DNA from: a virus
Lineage: Duplodnaviria; Caudoviricetes
Length of the DNA: 32,166 nucleotides
Direction: 5' to 3' (one strand)
IMG/VR virus record: IMGVR_UViG_3300048895_000064
Location: 1-32,166 of that record
The stretch's first letter is position 1. Every line of letters begins with the position of its first letter. Below are positions 16,501 through 25,674 of this stretch, in pieces. The position numbers and the translations under genes were made by a program. A model generated the notes under the pieces. The model did not search any database. It was given only the letters and a program-made list of their open reading frames with translations, and was not told the origin of the DNA.

Positions 16501-18481
16501 CCTCGTTACTCTGGCTGATCGTGTAGGCGTCCGCGCCGGGATTTCCGGTGGTGCCGTGCGCGGCCACCGAGTAGGCGGTGCTCGTGGTCGCGTTCGTGTA
16601 GGTGGTGATCGTCCGGGTCCAGAGGAACTCACCGGGCGCAGTGGCCGGAGGATTCGCGATCCACGTCCCTGTCGGCGCGACCGTGCCGCTCGACCCTGCC
16701 TGATAGGTGACGGCGGTCGAGGACACACCCACGCCGGGAGCACCTGGAGACCCGTCGGATCCAGGTGCCCCCGGAGATCCGGGTAGTCCAGTCGTGCCGT
16801 GCGCGGCAACCGAGTAGGCCGTCGAGGTCGTGGTGTCGGAGTAGGTGGTGATGGTGCGCGTCCACAGGAACGTGCCGGGTGTCGTCGCCTGCGGGGTGGA
16901 CGACCACGCGCCCGTCGGCGCAGAGGTGCCGCTGCTGCCCACCTGATAGGTGACCGCCGTGCTGGACACGCCGACACCTGGAGCGCCTGGATTGCCCGGC
17001 GACCCCGGTGCTCCAGGCGTTCCCGGCTGGCCCGTCGCTCCATGAGCGGACACCGAGTACGCCGTGCTGGTGGTCGCATCGGTGTACGTCGTCACGGTCC
17101 GCGTCCACAGGAACTCACCCGGCGCGGTCGCAAGCGGTGTCGGCGACCACGCCCCACTCGGTGCCGTAGTTCCCGAAGTAGCGACCTGATAGGTGACAGC
17201 GGTCGAGGAGATGCCACGTCCAGGAGCACCGGGAGATCCGTCGTCGCCGTCCGCGCCCGGAGCACCCGGCAGGCCGGTCGTGCCATGCGCGGCCACCGAG
17301 TAGGAAGTGCTCGTGCTCGCATCGGTCATCGTGGTGATCGTGCGAGTCCAGAGGAAGGTGCCCGGCGTGGTCGCAGGCGGAGTCGTCAGCCACGCGCCCG
17401 TGGGAGCCGACGTTCCGCTTGAGCCAACCTGATAGGTGACGGCGGTGCTGCTGATGCCCACGCCGGGCGGTCCCTGTGGGCCGGGAGCGCCGCCCGCGCC
17501 CTCCTGCACCCGTGCCACGCTGAGGCTGTCAGAGATGCCAGCAGCATCGGCCATCCGCACCGTGATCGACTTGGCGACCATCGTCGCGCCGGTGATCGTC
17601 ACCACGTCGCCGACCCGGGAGACACCTGTCGGGACAGTGGTCGAGAACGGCGTGCCGTCACTGCTGTACTCGTAGACCGAGATCGTGGTGTTGGACGACG
17701 TACCTGTCACCACGGCGGTCGCTGGGACAGTGACTCCGCCCGCTGCGGGCTGAGTGAGAACCTGTGTGTTCGAGGTGAGGTCCACCACGCCCGCCGGAGG
17801 ACCGGGGTCGCCCTGCACCTTTGACCACTGATAGTCGGTGTAGTTCGAGGACTCCGTGGGGTCGTCGTGGTTGTACGAGAGACCCATGTACGCCTTGCCC
17901 AGCGGATCGTCGCTCATCCCGCTCGTGGGCGAGTCGGCGTACTTGACCCAGGTGTACTGAGGAGAGCCATCGGCTCCCGGAGGACCGGGTACACCCTGCG
18001 GACCGGGCGGCAGCGTGTCCGGTGGGATGTAGACCCCGTCGACCACCGGCAGTGACCCCGGCAGATCCTCTACCGACCCGAGGTCGTCCGACAGGACAAT
18101 GACGACAGGCGGATCGTAGTTGCCCTCAGGCATGACGGAGAGGTCGTGGATGGTGAGCGGGACCTCGATGGGCGTATCGGCATCAGCGAGGATAACCTCG
18201 CACACCCACGCCCGACCCGGCTGGCCGCCGATGTCCTTCGCCACCTCAGTCCCGCTGTCCACGTCGATCTGGAGCCCAGACGTGAGGGTGAAGGTGGACC
18301 CGTCCACGTCCGTATCGGCGATCGTGTAGGGGCCGGTGTCGGCGATCCAGACGTCCTCATCAGCCGTGACGGACAGGGGGTCAAGAACGGGCAGAACGGT
18401 CGTGCCGGCGACGAGGTCCGTGGTAACCTCGGTGCCCGTCCACTCCCAGCGGACGTCGGTGAGAAGACCGTTAGTGCCCAT
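13517..18481 (-). CDS. Large tail fiber / receptor-binding minor tail protein
   Basis: 1654 aa; collagen triplets, two YTWxKYAD modules, four 81-aa repeats, an FN3-like segment (LFVRW...YDLHVS...YFARVIA) and a C1q/TNF-like C-terminus (FTFTVPGVYQI). Confidence 0.85.
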   Translation of the reverse strand: MGTNGLLTDVRWEWTGTEVTTDLVAGTTVLPVLDPLSVTADEDVWIADTGPYTIADTDVDGSTFTLTSGLQIDVDSGTEVAKDIGGQPGRAWVCEVILADADTPIEVPLTIHDLSVMPEGNYDPPVVIVLSDDLGSVEDLPGSLPVVDGVYIPPDTLPPGPQGVPGPPGADGSPQYTWVKYADSPTSGMSDDPLGKAYMGLSYNHDDPTESSNYTDYQWSKVQGDPGPPAGVVDLTSNTQVLTQPAAGGVTVPATAVVTGTSSNTTISVYEYSSDGTPFSTTVPTGVSRVGDVVTITGATMVAKSITVRMADAAGISDSLSVARVQEGAGGAPGPQGPPGVGISSTAVTYQVGSSGTSAPTGAWLTTPPATTPGTFLWTRTITTMTDASTSTSYSVAAHGTTGLPGAPGADGDDGSPGAPGRGISSTAVTYQVATSGTTAPSGAWSPTPLATAPGEFLWTRTVTTYTDATTSTAYSVSAHGATGQPGTPGAPGSPGNPGAPGVGVSSTAVTYQVGSSGTSAPTGAWSSTPQATTPGTFLWTRTITTYSDTTTSTAYSVAAHGTTGLPGSPGAPGSDGSPGAPGVGVSSTAVTYQAGSSGTVAPTGTWIANPPATAPGEFLWTRTITTYTNATTSTAYSVAAHGTTGNPGADAYTISQSNEAHTFPGSTGAALAGSTTTVFTSYKGATPINASISNAAITGAPTGMTTAVTGSPGTPTVTVTVTTALVALNGVLTIPVVVDGFTFNKIFSWSVSRQGTQGTPGDPGADGTPRYTWTKYADNSTGTVGFSDTPTATSKYLGMAYNKTSQTESNLSTDYEWSLIQGPQGPQGPPGSAGAPGSATDGLPPTASVTNLEVIGGIGALFVRWTPINNPDRVTYDLHVSSVSGFTPDASTLIVSTAGSSHTLRALRTAIGDPPSTDLRYGVDYFARVIARDPDPGVGPTSPQATGQMMLVNTADIATRAVVAEHIVTGTLTGDLFSGEVVLGSTISTGGLDADGNIVGARIDLGPDGLLIFDSTGKAITAFPLDQSGEAFIRQAHLEILSADVIDNFVMHGVNNRTDASSKLTLGNGIAAPSAGATLAQTYDHVTFNQTTVVTGTGSWAMGSFAFNAAEARSMAWDATNNCWNVIQEKSAGFRQWRFNADGTIKMNPFVTTAPWVDDFKGFHSASTSSQALLFTNNLDWIVWGASGNIPASWIINANQDPYISYDPVAGHHLLVQNTSGSGSRPIQVRRFTMPGGIPTSQSVYTSPNGLGSGNQINGTYYGAADFGGARYVVSRMGTPSILVFAGTTRYNTNGSYQEWPLEVASQAFGMDGAGAFCSLAASGVMTKYTNWTWTAEPATTYVGMSGFDSRTAGDTANPWPGQSAGQHETPIGTLVALAMKRRSKLTITVPVTQDSGGNDDQNQWKVYWARTPSTPAKTDMHLVSTLGSNSVPQAVTMTADSVGANPPGGIQGQTGSGNNFPAGNPASLVSAATDVSAVPLIQLKGDGSGRLGPFKWDNQGRDLVKNGTAMAFTSAHAASMANATFTTLGAWSQDSAWGVNTGAFISGVGSGLFTFTVPGVYQIIASGNIPSTGPTNPTRHIVAIFKGATEVIRHDGSAGANSGGNPWVGQISTVIRMAAGESFSIQLWQNSGVTVQAGTNPGHECYIIKLSD
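16550..17470 (-). repeat. Four tandem 243-bp (81-aa) repeats in the tail fiber gene
   Basis: TGATAGGTGAC occurs at 16701, 16944, 17187 and 17430 (exact 243-bp spacing); unit SSTAVTYQ..SGT.APTG.W...P.T.PG.FLWTRT.TT..D.TTST.YSV.AHG plus a collagen linker. Confidence 0.92.
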
Positions 18482-19713
18482 CAGTTCTTCTTCCCACCCT
18501 TCTTCTTGTCACGCTTCACGGTCGTCTTCGACTTGATCCGCCGGACCTTCGACGGCTTGCTGACCCACTTGTGAGCGCCGATGGTCATGTTGCCACTCGT
18601 GCCGAACGGAACCGAGGACCCACCGGCAAGCATCACACTACCCACCCCCTCTGGCAACCTGACGTGATCGAAGGGGTCGAGGTGAAACATCGGGATGATC
18701 TCGTAGGTCTTATCCGCGGCCAAGCCCGAGTGATCCTTCAACTGATTGGTCGCCGCGGTCAGGGTGTCCTTGAGCGTCTTGAGGTCGTCGTTGACAACCA
18801 CGAGGGGCATCGTCCGTGGCACGTTGTTCCGGGCAAGCGACTGCTCCGAGAGTTCGTTGCCCTTCGGCAGCGCGACGATGCTGTCGTAGGTGTAGTGGAC
18901 GCGGGACTCGTCGATCTTCTTTGTCGACTTCTTGTTGACCGGGGTGCGGTGGCTGGTGACCCGGACGTAGTTGGAGAAGTCGGTGAAGGAAGTCGCCGCT
19001 GCGGGAAGCGCCAGCATCGAGTGGATCTCGACCGGGTTCTTGGCATCCGAGGTCGCGTCGGCCACCGCCCAGCCGAGTCCGTCGTAGTAGGCTCGCCAGC
19101 CCATCTCCTGCTCGGCGATCCGCTTGAACGCATCCCACGGAGTCAGCGAGTCCTCGCCCATCCCGACCGCGTAGGCTTTGCTCAGGGTCTTCTTGGTAGA
19201 GGGGATCCGCATGTGCGTCTCGCCGGTGCAGTCCGCCAAGATCGACTTGAGGACGTTGTCTACCTGAGCGCCCTTCTTGTAGGAGCGCGGACGGACACCG
19301 TGGTCGGCGATCAGCGACTTGTCCCCGAACTCAAGAGAGACCTCCGCGCCTGAGCGGGAGACTGACGTAGGCAGCCCCACGACGCAGGACGTAGTGAAGT
19401 CGCCGTAGCCCGGAACAGTGACCTCGTGCCACACCTGGAGCAGCCGGTTGATCCAGAGCATGCCCTTCGGGTCTCGCATGTAGTCGGACCCGTAGTTCAG
19501 CGCACCCTCGGGATCGGACAGTGTGACAGACCCCGTGCGGCACGGCCCGTCGTTTCCGTTCGAGTAGTTCATCTGCCCGTCGAGGAGTTCCAGCGTCCCG
19601 ACGTACTTGTGCTCGATGGTGAGAACGTCGCACCACACCCGGAAGTCGTGGTCCGACTGGAGGTATTCGTGATAGGCTGTGCGAGCAGCCAGAGTACGAC
19701 CCTGATGCTGCAT
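18481..19713 (-). CDS. Minor tail protein (baseplate hub-like)
   Basis: Second gene after the tape measure; likely start MQHQGR at 19713. Confidence 0.7.
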   Translation of the reverse strand: MQHQGRTLAARTAYHEYLQSDHDFRVWCDVLTIEHKYVGTLELLDGQMNYSNGNDGPCRTGSVTLSDPEGALNYGSDYMRDPKGMLWINRLLQVWHEVTVPGYGDFTTSCVVGLPTSVSRSGAEVSLEFGDKSLIADHGVRPRSYKKGAQVDNVLKSILADCTGETHMRIPSTKKTLSKAYAVGMGEDSLTPWDAFKRIAEQEMGWRAYYDGLGWAVADATSDAKNPVEIHSMLALPAAATSFTDFSNYVRVTSHRTPVNKKSTKKIDESRVHYTYDSIVALPKGNELSEQSLARNNVPRTMPLVVVNDDLKTLKDTLTAATNQLKDHSGLAADKTYEIIPMFHLDPFDHVRLPEGVGSVMLAGGSSVPFGTSGNMTIGAHKWVSKPSKVRRIKSKTTVKRDKKKGGKKN

Positions 19714-19715
19714 CG

Positions 19716-21506
19716 CTAATCGTCCAGCCTCTCCCACCAGTTGAGCATGATGAGAACGAGGGTGTCATCGCACTCAGGATCGGGGTGAGCGTAGAAGACA
19801 TCGGTCGGGCTGTAATCGCCGAAGATGATGGGCCAGTTGACCTTGCCGAAGATCAGCCGGTAGTGCAGCGCCGAGTCGGCAAGCGCCCACCCTTCGAGCC
19901 GGTCCTCGTGGGCGTTGAGGACGAGACCCTCGATGCTGCCCGAGCGGGTAGTCCGCATCAGCCTGCGACGCACCGGCTCCACGATGAGGTTGCCGTGGAC
20001 CGGGGTGTGCAGGATCGACCCTTCCTCCGTGAGTTGCGCCACGGTGGGCACGTCGTCGTTCCCGAAGATCTCGATCTTGCCGCCCGTCCGCGGGTTCACC
20101 ATCCACACGCTGCCGGTGGAGAAGGTCTCCGTGACCTCGGGGCCGATAGCCGAGGTGACACCGTTGATCCGGGTCAGGACAGACCATGTGTGCGGCTTGC
20201 GGAGATCCGCGGTGAGGTCTCGGATGGCGAAGTTCGTGCCGGTGAAGAAGTCGGTGGCAGGAGCCCAATGAGTGGGATTGCCGTCCGCGTCCCAGATCGT
20301 GACCGCCACCCCGTCGCGTATCAGCGCGATGTCGTCGGGAGTGCCGAGTGCGCGGGTGCCGGTGATGACGGGGAAAGGGTCGCTGAACGTGACCGCGAGA
20401 TTCGTGATAGCCGGACCGTTGCCAGTGTGGACGGTGTCGAACTCCTTCACCGAGACCGACCAGACAGGTGCTCCCTCTGCCGCCACACGCGGGACGATGG
20501 AGTCGGTAGTCCGCACGACCACCCTGCCGTGACCGCCCGGCACCTTCACGCCCTTCGCCGGGAACCAGTCGCGGGTCGTCGAGTCCACATCCCAGACCGA
20601 CCTTGCGATGACGTCGGAGCCGTCCTGGAGTTCGGCCTGCCACGACACCTGATCGGCCACCGTCCAGGTCACAGTGGGGCTGCCGTCGTCAGTGACCGAG
20701 GGCGGGTTGACGATCACCGGCTGGACGATGGGCCGGTATGAGTACGACACCCACGGGCTCCACGGGCTCGTGCCGCCCCCTCCAGTGGTCATGACCCGCC
20801 AGTAGGTGACTTGCCCTGACGTCAGCACCGGAGCACCCGCAGCGGGGTCGTAGCGGCCTGAGGCGGCTGGGATGGAGCCGGTGTCGAACGTGATGCCGCC
20901 GACCGTGCCGTCCGAGGAATACTGGATCTGCTGGTGATCCATATCCTCGTCGCCGTTGTAGGACAGGATGGGGGTGGGCACCGAGACCGCTCCGCCGTGC
21001 GGGGACAAGCCCGTCGGCTGGGAGTTCGGCGTGTAGTAGTCCACGACCATGACAGGCTTGTTGAGAGCCGCCGCCGAGCCCCGCAGGGTGATAGCCGAAG
21101 TGAGGGTGGTGTCGATCTCCAGGCCGTTCCGGCTCCGAGTGTTCGCCCACGCCGTGACGGGGAAGGAGTAGAGCGCGTTCACCACCGGGGATGTGACCGA
21201 GACCGTGGTGATGAGAGTGCCGAGCGCAGGCCGGTTGGACCACGTGACCGAGGACTTCCAAGCCGGGTTGATCGGGAGGATGCGAATGGGCACCGCGCCC
21301 GACTTGGCCGCAGCCGTCCAGAACTGGACTACCGCCGACGTGATGACAGCACCCACGGGGACGCGGTCGATCGGTACGCGAATCAGGACGCGCTGGATGG
21401 CGTTGTTCGTGTTCTGCAGAGCCAGGGTGGCTGGTGACCCGATGGGGTACGCCGGTCGGTTCTGCTTGATCTGGTAGGTCGTCAGCGGGATAATGATCTG
21501 CGGCAT
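19716..21506 (-). CDS. Minor tail protein
   Basis: Directly follows the tape measure; N-terminal VITSAVVQFW...VTWSNRP (DNRLRE-like) segment and beta-rich repeats; likely start MPQII at 21506. Confidence 0.75.
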   Translation of the reverse strand: MPQIIIPLTTYQIKQNRPAYPIGSPATLALQNTNNAIQRVLIRVPIDRVPVGAVITSAVVQFWTAAAKSGAVPIRILPINPAWKSSVTWSNRPALGTLITTVSVTSPVVNALYSFPVTAWANTRSRNGLEIDTTLTSAITLRGSAAALNKPVMVVDYYTPNSQPTGLSPHGGAVSVPTPILSYNGDEDMDHQQIQYSSDGTVGGITFDTGSIPAASGRYDPAAGAPVLTSGQVTYWRVMTTGGGGTSPWSPWVSYSYRPIVQPVIVNPPSVTDDGSPTVTWTVADQVSWQAELQDGSDVIARSVWDVDSTTRDWFPAKGVKVPGGHGRVVVRTTDSIVPRVAAEGAPVWSVSVKEFDTVHTGNGPAITNLAVTFSDPFPVITGTRALGTPDDIALIRDGVAVTIWDADGNPTHWAPATDFFTGTNFAIRDLTADLRKPHTWSVLTRINGVTSAIGPEVTETFSTGSVWMVNPRTGGKIEIFGNDDVPTVAQLTEEGSILHTPVHGNLIVEPVRRRLMRTTRSGSIEGLVLNAHEDRLEGWALADSALHYRLIFGKVNWPIIFGDYSPTDVFYAHPDPECDDTLVLIMLNWWERLDD

Positions 21507-21507
21507 C

Positions 21508-24500
21508 TCAGGCTCCCTGCCATGCGAGGTTGTCCGAGGCGCTGATCCGGTCGTCCGCGATCTCCTCGAGGTAGGCCGTGAACTCGCGGGCACCCACGCG
21601 AAGGATCAGGGTCTTGGGCATACCGCCCATCATCTTCTTGCTGTCTCGGTTCGAGTGGATGCGCGACCCACGCGGGGGACTGATGATCTCCATGCCAGCC
21701 TCGCCGACGGCGATCGGGCCACCCGGAGCAAGACCGCCCTTCTCGAAGCCGGGGATGGTGAACCCGATCGTCTTGCCCAGCACCTTGAAACTCAGAGACT
21801 TCGGCAGCCCGATCGCGTTGTTGATGCCCGTCTTCAGGCTGGAGGCGACGCTCCCGGCCATATCACCGATCGCGGAGATACCAGCACGGATGCCCTCGAG
21901 GATTTTGCCGCCCAGCGTCTTCCCGGCCGAGAGGAGATTCCCACCGAGGCTGAGCAACTTCCCGGGGAGGCCCTTGATGATGTTCACCACCGAGGTGACG
22001 ACATTCCTTGCGATGCCCTCCACAGCACCGAGTCCGTTGCGAATGGCAGTCCCCAACTTGGAGATAGCCTCGGCACCGAGACGAAGCAACTTGCCCGGCA
22101 ACTTCGCGATAGCCTTGATGGTGCCGATCTCGAGACGGCCCATCGCCTGGAGCACCTTCGGCGCGTTCTTGACGACCGCCTTGCCTAGCCACACGATCGC
22201 CTTAGCACCGAGAGTAAGCAACTTCCCCGGCAACTTCGCGATGAACTTGAGGATGTTGAGTTCGAGACGGCCCACTGCCAGAAGCACCTTCGGCGCGTAC
22301 TTGATGAAGGCCCTGCCCAACGCCACGATCGCGTCGCCGCCGAGTTTCGCCAACTTCGGGACCAACTCCAGGAATCCCTTGCCAATGAAGACGAGGAACC
22401 GGCCCAGCCCAGCCAGGATCTCGGGCATGGCTGCCTTCATCCCAGCACCGAGACCCTTGATCGCGAAGAGACCCAACTTCGCCAACTTCGCGGGGGCGAA
22501 GAACGTGACGAACAGGCCGAACAGGCCCTTCAGCAGCGGCCAGACACCGCTCGCCATCTGCTTGATCCCCTTCCACATCATCCCCCAATCCAGGGTGAAC
22601 AGGGCAATCAGGAAGGTGATGAGGCCGGCGATGATGTGGCCCAGACCCGTGATCACAAGCCCCAGCGACTTGAAGCCGTAGATCATCATGTCGAGGACTA
22701 CGCCGATAGCGAGCGTGGCGATCTTGTCGAGGATGTCAAAGAGGAAACCGAGCACATGACCCGTAGCCTTCGCAGCCGGGGCCAGAGGCTTGAGCGCGGT
22801 GCCGATCTCCTTGAACGCCCCGCCGAGGGAAGAGAACACACCCTTGATCGAGTCCCAGAGTTCGCCCAACTTGGACTGGAGTTCCTTGGACTTCGCGATG
22901 AGGGTGACAACCCAGACGATGAGGCCCACCCAGCCCGCGAACTTCGCGATCCCCTCAAGGATAGGTGCGAACTTCGAGAAGGCAGAAGTCAGCCTACCCA
23001 TCTTGGACGCCGCATTGGCCGATTCCCCACTGGTCTTCCCGAAGAATCCGAGGACCTTGGTGAACGCGCCCTTCACCTTGTTGAAAATCCTGAGGAGCAG
23101 TTCCCAGGCCCGCCGCAGGAGGCCGGTCTTCTTCGCCGCCTCTCCGGCAGGACCGCCCATGTTCTTCAGCATATTGCTGATGATCTTGAACTTGATGATC
23201 TTGCTGAGGATGCTGAAGAAGCCGCCCATCTGACCGATGAGGCTGCCGATCATGATGTTGAAGGCTGCACCGGCGATGATGACAGCAAGGAAGAAACTGC
23301 TGACAGGCTGGAGCGCGTCCGAGACCTTGAGGAAGGCGTTGACCATCTGCTCCAGCGGCAACTTGTTGAGGAGTTTGAACGCGCCCTCGAGAGTCGCCAG
23401 GAAGTTCCCCATCACACGGGGGTCGGCGAGTTTCACCATGACCGGCCAGATCGCCTCAAGGGTGTGGCCGACCTGCACCATCATCTGGTTCGCGGCGTCG
23501 GCCCACTTTGCGATGGCGTTCTGCCCGCCGACGCTCTTCGTCCAGTCCTCGAACTTCTGGGTGATCTGGATGATCATGTCCAGGAAGTTGTTCGTGCCGG
23601 GGTTCGCCGCGTTGAAGACGTTCATGAGCGCCGAGGTGAGGTTGCCCAAGATCTTCCAGAGTTTGCCCGCAGTCTCGGCCGCGCCCTTCATCGCGGTGTC
23701 GATCCGCTTGTTGAAGCCCTCACCCTTCGTCCAGGACTGGAACTGCTCAGCGACCTTCTGGACGGCCCCGGCGAGCCGAATGGCTGAGGGCGTCAGCGCG
23801 TTGACGAGACGGAGGAACCCATCCAGGAACGGGACGGCGATCTTGGACAACGCTGCGAACACGTCCGCGTTGTTCTTGAAGAACTTGTTGAGAGTCTTGG
23901 TCCCCTCCGCCGAGTTGGCGTAGTTGAGGACGGACTTCGCCAGCCCATTCAGCGACCCCGCCATGAGGCCGAGGCCGCGCTGGATCACTCCCGTGTTGCG
24001 GAGTTTCTCGATCCCGTCCGAAAGCCCCTTGAACAGCACCGGCCAGACAGCGGCTCGCATCTCGTTGGAGAGTTTGCGGGTTGCCAGAACCGCGTTCTGC
24101 ATGGACTTCGGCATGTCCTTGAGCAGGAGTTCCAGTTTCTTCGGGTCGACCTCGGACACCGCTGCTGCGAAGTTCCGCATACCGATCTTCAGGGTGAGGC
24201 CCGCGACACCGAGGCTGGTGAAGATGGGGAGCAGGGCACCGGACTCCTGGCCCACTGAGTACAGCGCTCCGGCCAACTCCGTCGCCAAGCCTGCAAGCCC
24301 GCTGATCGCACCACCGATGAGGGGTGCCGACGTGATGGCCGCGCCGAGCGCTGCTCGCCACGCGGTGACTGCGCCCTGACCGATGCTCCGGTACGTCTTC
24401 GTATTCTGCTCGCCGGCCTTGACGAGATCCTTGTTCAACGCGCTCAGTTGCCGCTTGATGTCCTTGCCAACCTGCTTCAACGAGTTGTCGTCGAACTGCA

Positions 24501-24546
24501 TGTTGACTTCGACTTTCGCCCTGCCAACGGTGGGACCGCCTACCAT
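21508..24546 (-). CDS. Tape measure protein
   Basis: 1012 aa, Ala/Gly/Leu/Lys-rich amphipathic helices; 44-aa (132-bp) LPGKLL repeats at 21956, 22088 and 22220; downstream of the tail chaperones. Confidence 0.92.
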   Translation of the reverse strand: MVGGPTVGRAKVEVNMQFDDNSLKQVGKDIKRQLSALNKDLVKAGEQNTKTYRSIGQGAVTAWRAALGAAITSAPLIGGAISGLAGLATELAGALYSVGQESGALLPIFTSLGVAGLTLKIGMRNFAAAVSEVDPKKLELLLKDMPKSMQNAVLATRKLSNEMRAAVWPVLFKGLSDGIEKLRNTGVIQRGLGLMAGSLNGLAKSVLNYANSAEGTKTLNKFFKNNADVFAALSKIAVPFLDGFLRLVNALTPSAIRLAGAVQKVAEQFQSWTKGEGFNKRIDTAMKGAAETAGKLWKILGNLTSALMNVFNAANPGTNNFLDMIIQITQKFEDWTKSVGGQNAIAKWADAANQMMVQVGHTLEAIWPVMVKLADPRVMGNFLATLEGAFKLLNKLPLEQMVNAFLKVSDALQPVSSFFLAVIIAGAAFNIMIGSLIGQMGGFFSILSKIIKFKIISNMLKNMGGPAGEAAKKTGLLRRAWELLLRIFNKVKGAFTKVLGFFGKTSGESANAASKMGRLTSAFSKFAPILEGIAKFAGWVGLIVWVVTLIAKSKELQSKLGELWDSIKGVFSSLGGAFKEIGTALKPLAPAAKATGHVLGFLFDILDKIATLAIGVVLDMMIYGFKSLGLVITGLGHIIAGLITFLIALFTLDWGMMWKGIKQMASGVWPLLKGLFGLFVTFFAPAKLAKLGLFAIKGLGAGMKAAMPEILAGLGRFLVFIGKGFLELVPKLAKLGGDAIVALGRAFIKYAPKVLLAVGRLELNILKFIAKLPGKLLTLGAKAIVWLGKAVVKNAPKVLQAMGRLEIGTIKAIAKLPGKLLRLGAEAISKLGTAIRNGLGAVEGIARNVVTSVVNIIKGLPGKLLSLGGNLLSAGKTLGGKILEGIRAGISAIGDMAGSVASSLKTGINNAIGLPKSLSFKVLGKTIGFTIPGFEKGGLAPGGPIAVGEAGMEIISPPRGSRIHSNRDSKKMMGGMPKTLILRVGAREFTAYLEEIADDRISASDNLAWQGA

Positions 24547-24547
24547 C

Positions 24548-24982
24548 TCACACCACCATCGCTATGAGAGCGTCCCGGAGGAACGGTTGCGCGGGTGTTC
24601 CAGGGTGCATGACGAAGTCACGGTAGGGGAAATCGCCCTGACGCCCCGGCCAATGCATCACCTTCCGGGCGTCCGGCCAACGAGGGGAGGGACCCGTACC
24701 CTCGTGGACGTAGTAGGCGTACGGGGTATCGGCAGAGACGTCGTAGCCGAAGGTGAACCGACCACGTTCGTTCCGGCTCTGGCCAGCCCGGATGGAGGCC
24801 TTCAACCGTCCGGAACTGGAAGGGGCGAGCGCCGTAGCCAGGATCGCTACCCTCTCCGCGTTCTTGCGGGCGGTGCGGTCAGGGCCTTCTCCGGTAGAGA
24901 AGATTTTCAGGTAGACGACAGGAGCCGGGTCCATGACAACGACAACGCCGCTTCCGGCGTAGACACCGCCCGCGCCTGCCAT
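24548..24982 (-). CDS. HK97 gp10-like tail/neck completion protein
   Basis: AP..SGRLKASI, YAYYVHEGT and HPGTPAQPFLRDAL motifs. Confidence 0.75.
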   Translation of the reverse strand: MAGAGGVYAGSGVVVVMDPAPVVYLKIFSTGEGPDRTARKNAERVAILATALAPSSSGRLKASIRAGQSRNERGRFTFGYDVSADTPYAYYVHEGTGPSPRWPDARKVMHWPGRQGDFPYRDFVMHPGTPAQPFLRDALIAMVV

Positions 24983-24997
24983 GAACCCACCTCCCGT

Positions 24998-25587
24998 CTA
25001 CTTGTCCTTGGAGTCCTTCATCTGGGACTTATCCCACTCACGAAGAGCAGTGTAGTCCTTGGTCTCGTTGAGGTACATGCGGACCTGATTCGGCTTGTCT
25101 TCCTTGAGCCGTTCGATGGTCGACAGGTGTACCATCCAGAGCACCTCCGCGAATGAGAACTCCTTCCACTGCACACCGTTGAGGTTCCACGATGTGACGA
25201 GACTTATCCAGTTGCTTTTGATGCCTTCCCAGACGGCGATTGCCGCGTCGTAGGGAAACCCGTCCAGATCCCCATGAGGGCTTCCGAGATCGCCTGCTGG
25301 GGGCCGAGCCCGTACTCCTTCTTGATCCACTGCTTCTGCTGCTCTGCCTTGACCAGCATCTTCGACATCGCCTCGGTGAAGGCGGAGAGCGCGTGCTTGA
25401 ACGCTTCTCCCCCGAAGTCCTCGTCCTCGAACTTCGTGAACTCCTTCAGCGCATCCACGAGGGTGGACCACTGCTCAGGCGAGGGGTCCGGGTGGAACTC
25501 CCACTCGATGCCATCACCCAGATCGACCGGGATGGCCCGGAAGTCCAGGCCCAACTTGACTACGTCACGGCGTACTTCGTCGGTCAT
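24998..25587 (-). CDS. Tail assembly chaperone gpGT-like, -1 frameshift product
   Basis: G GGT TTC heptamer (+ strand 25255-25261) shifts WTGF into the -1 frame PYDAAIAVWEGIK..., open to 24998. Confidence 0.72.
25204..25587 (-). CDS. Tail assembly chaperone (gpG-like)
   Basis: 127 aa, SD AGGAG, upstream of the tape measure, slippery site near its 3' end. Confidence 0.8.
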   Translation of the reverse strand: MTDEVRRDVVKLGLDFRAIPVDLGDGIEWEFHPDPSPEQWSTLVDALKEFTKFEDEDFGGEAFKHALSAFTEAMSKMLVKAEQQKQWIKKEYGLGPQQAISEALMGIWTGFPTTRQSPSGKASKATG

Positions 25588-25615
25588 CGCTGTTCTCCTT
25601 TGTTCTAGCGACAGG

Positions 25616-25665
25616 CCGTGGGCCGGAGAGAACTAGAGGAGAACCCCCGGCCCACGGTGACCGTA
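25616..25665 (-). promoter_or_regulatory. Stem-loop with anti-SD loop upstream of the tail chaperone; possible -10 TACGGT
   Basis: 11-bp stem 25616-25626/25647-25657; the loop on the - strand contains GTTCTCCT, complementary to the RBS AGGAGAAC. Confidence 0.5.
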
Positions 25666-25674
25666 GCGTAGCAA

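Noticed and set aside
16550-17470. Repeats as a CRISPR array or DGR template/variable repeats
   Set aside because: In-frame coding repeats with mostly synonymous divergence, no unique spacers, no adenine-specific pattern noticed and no reverse transcriptase in the window.
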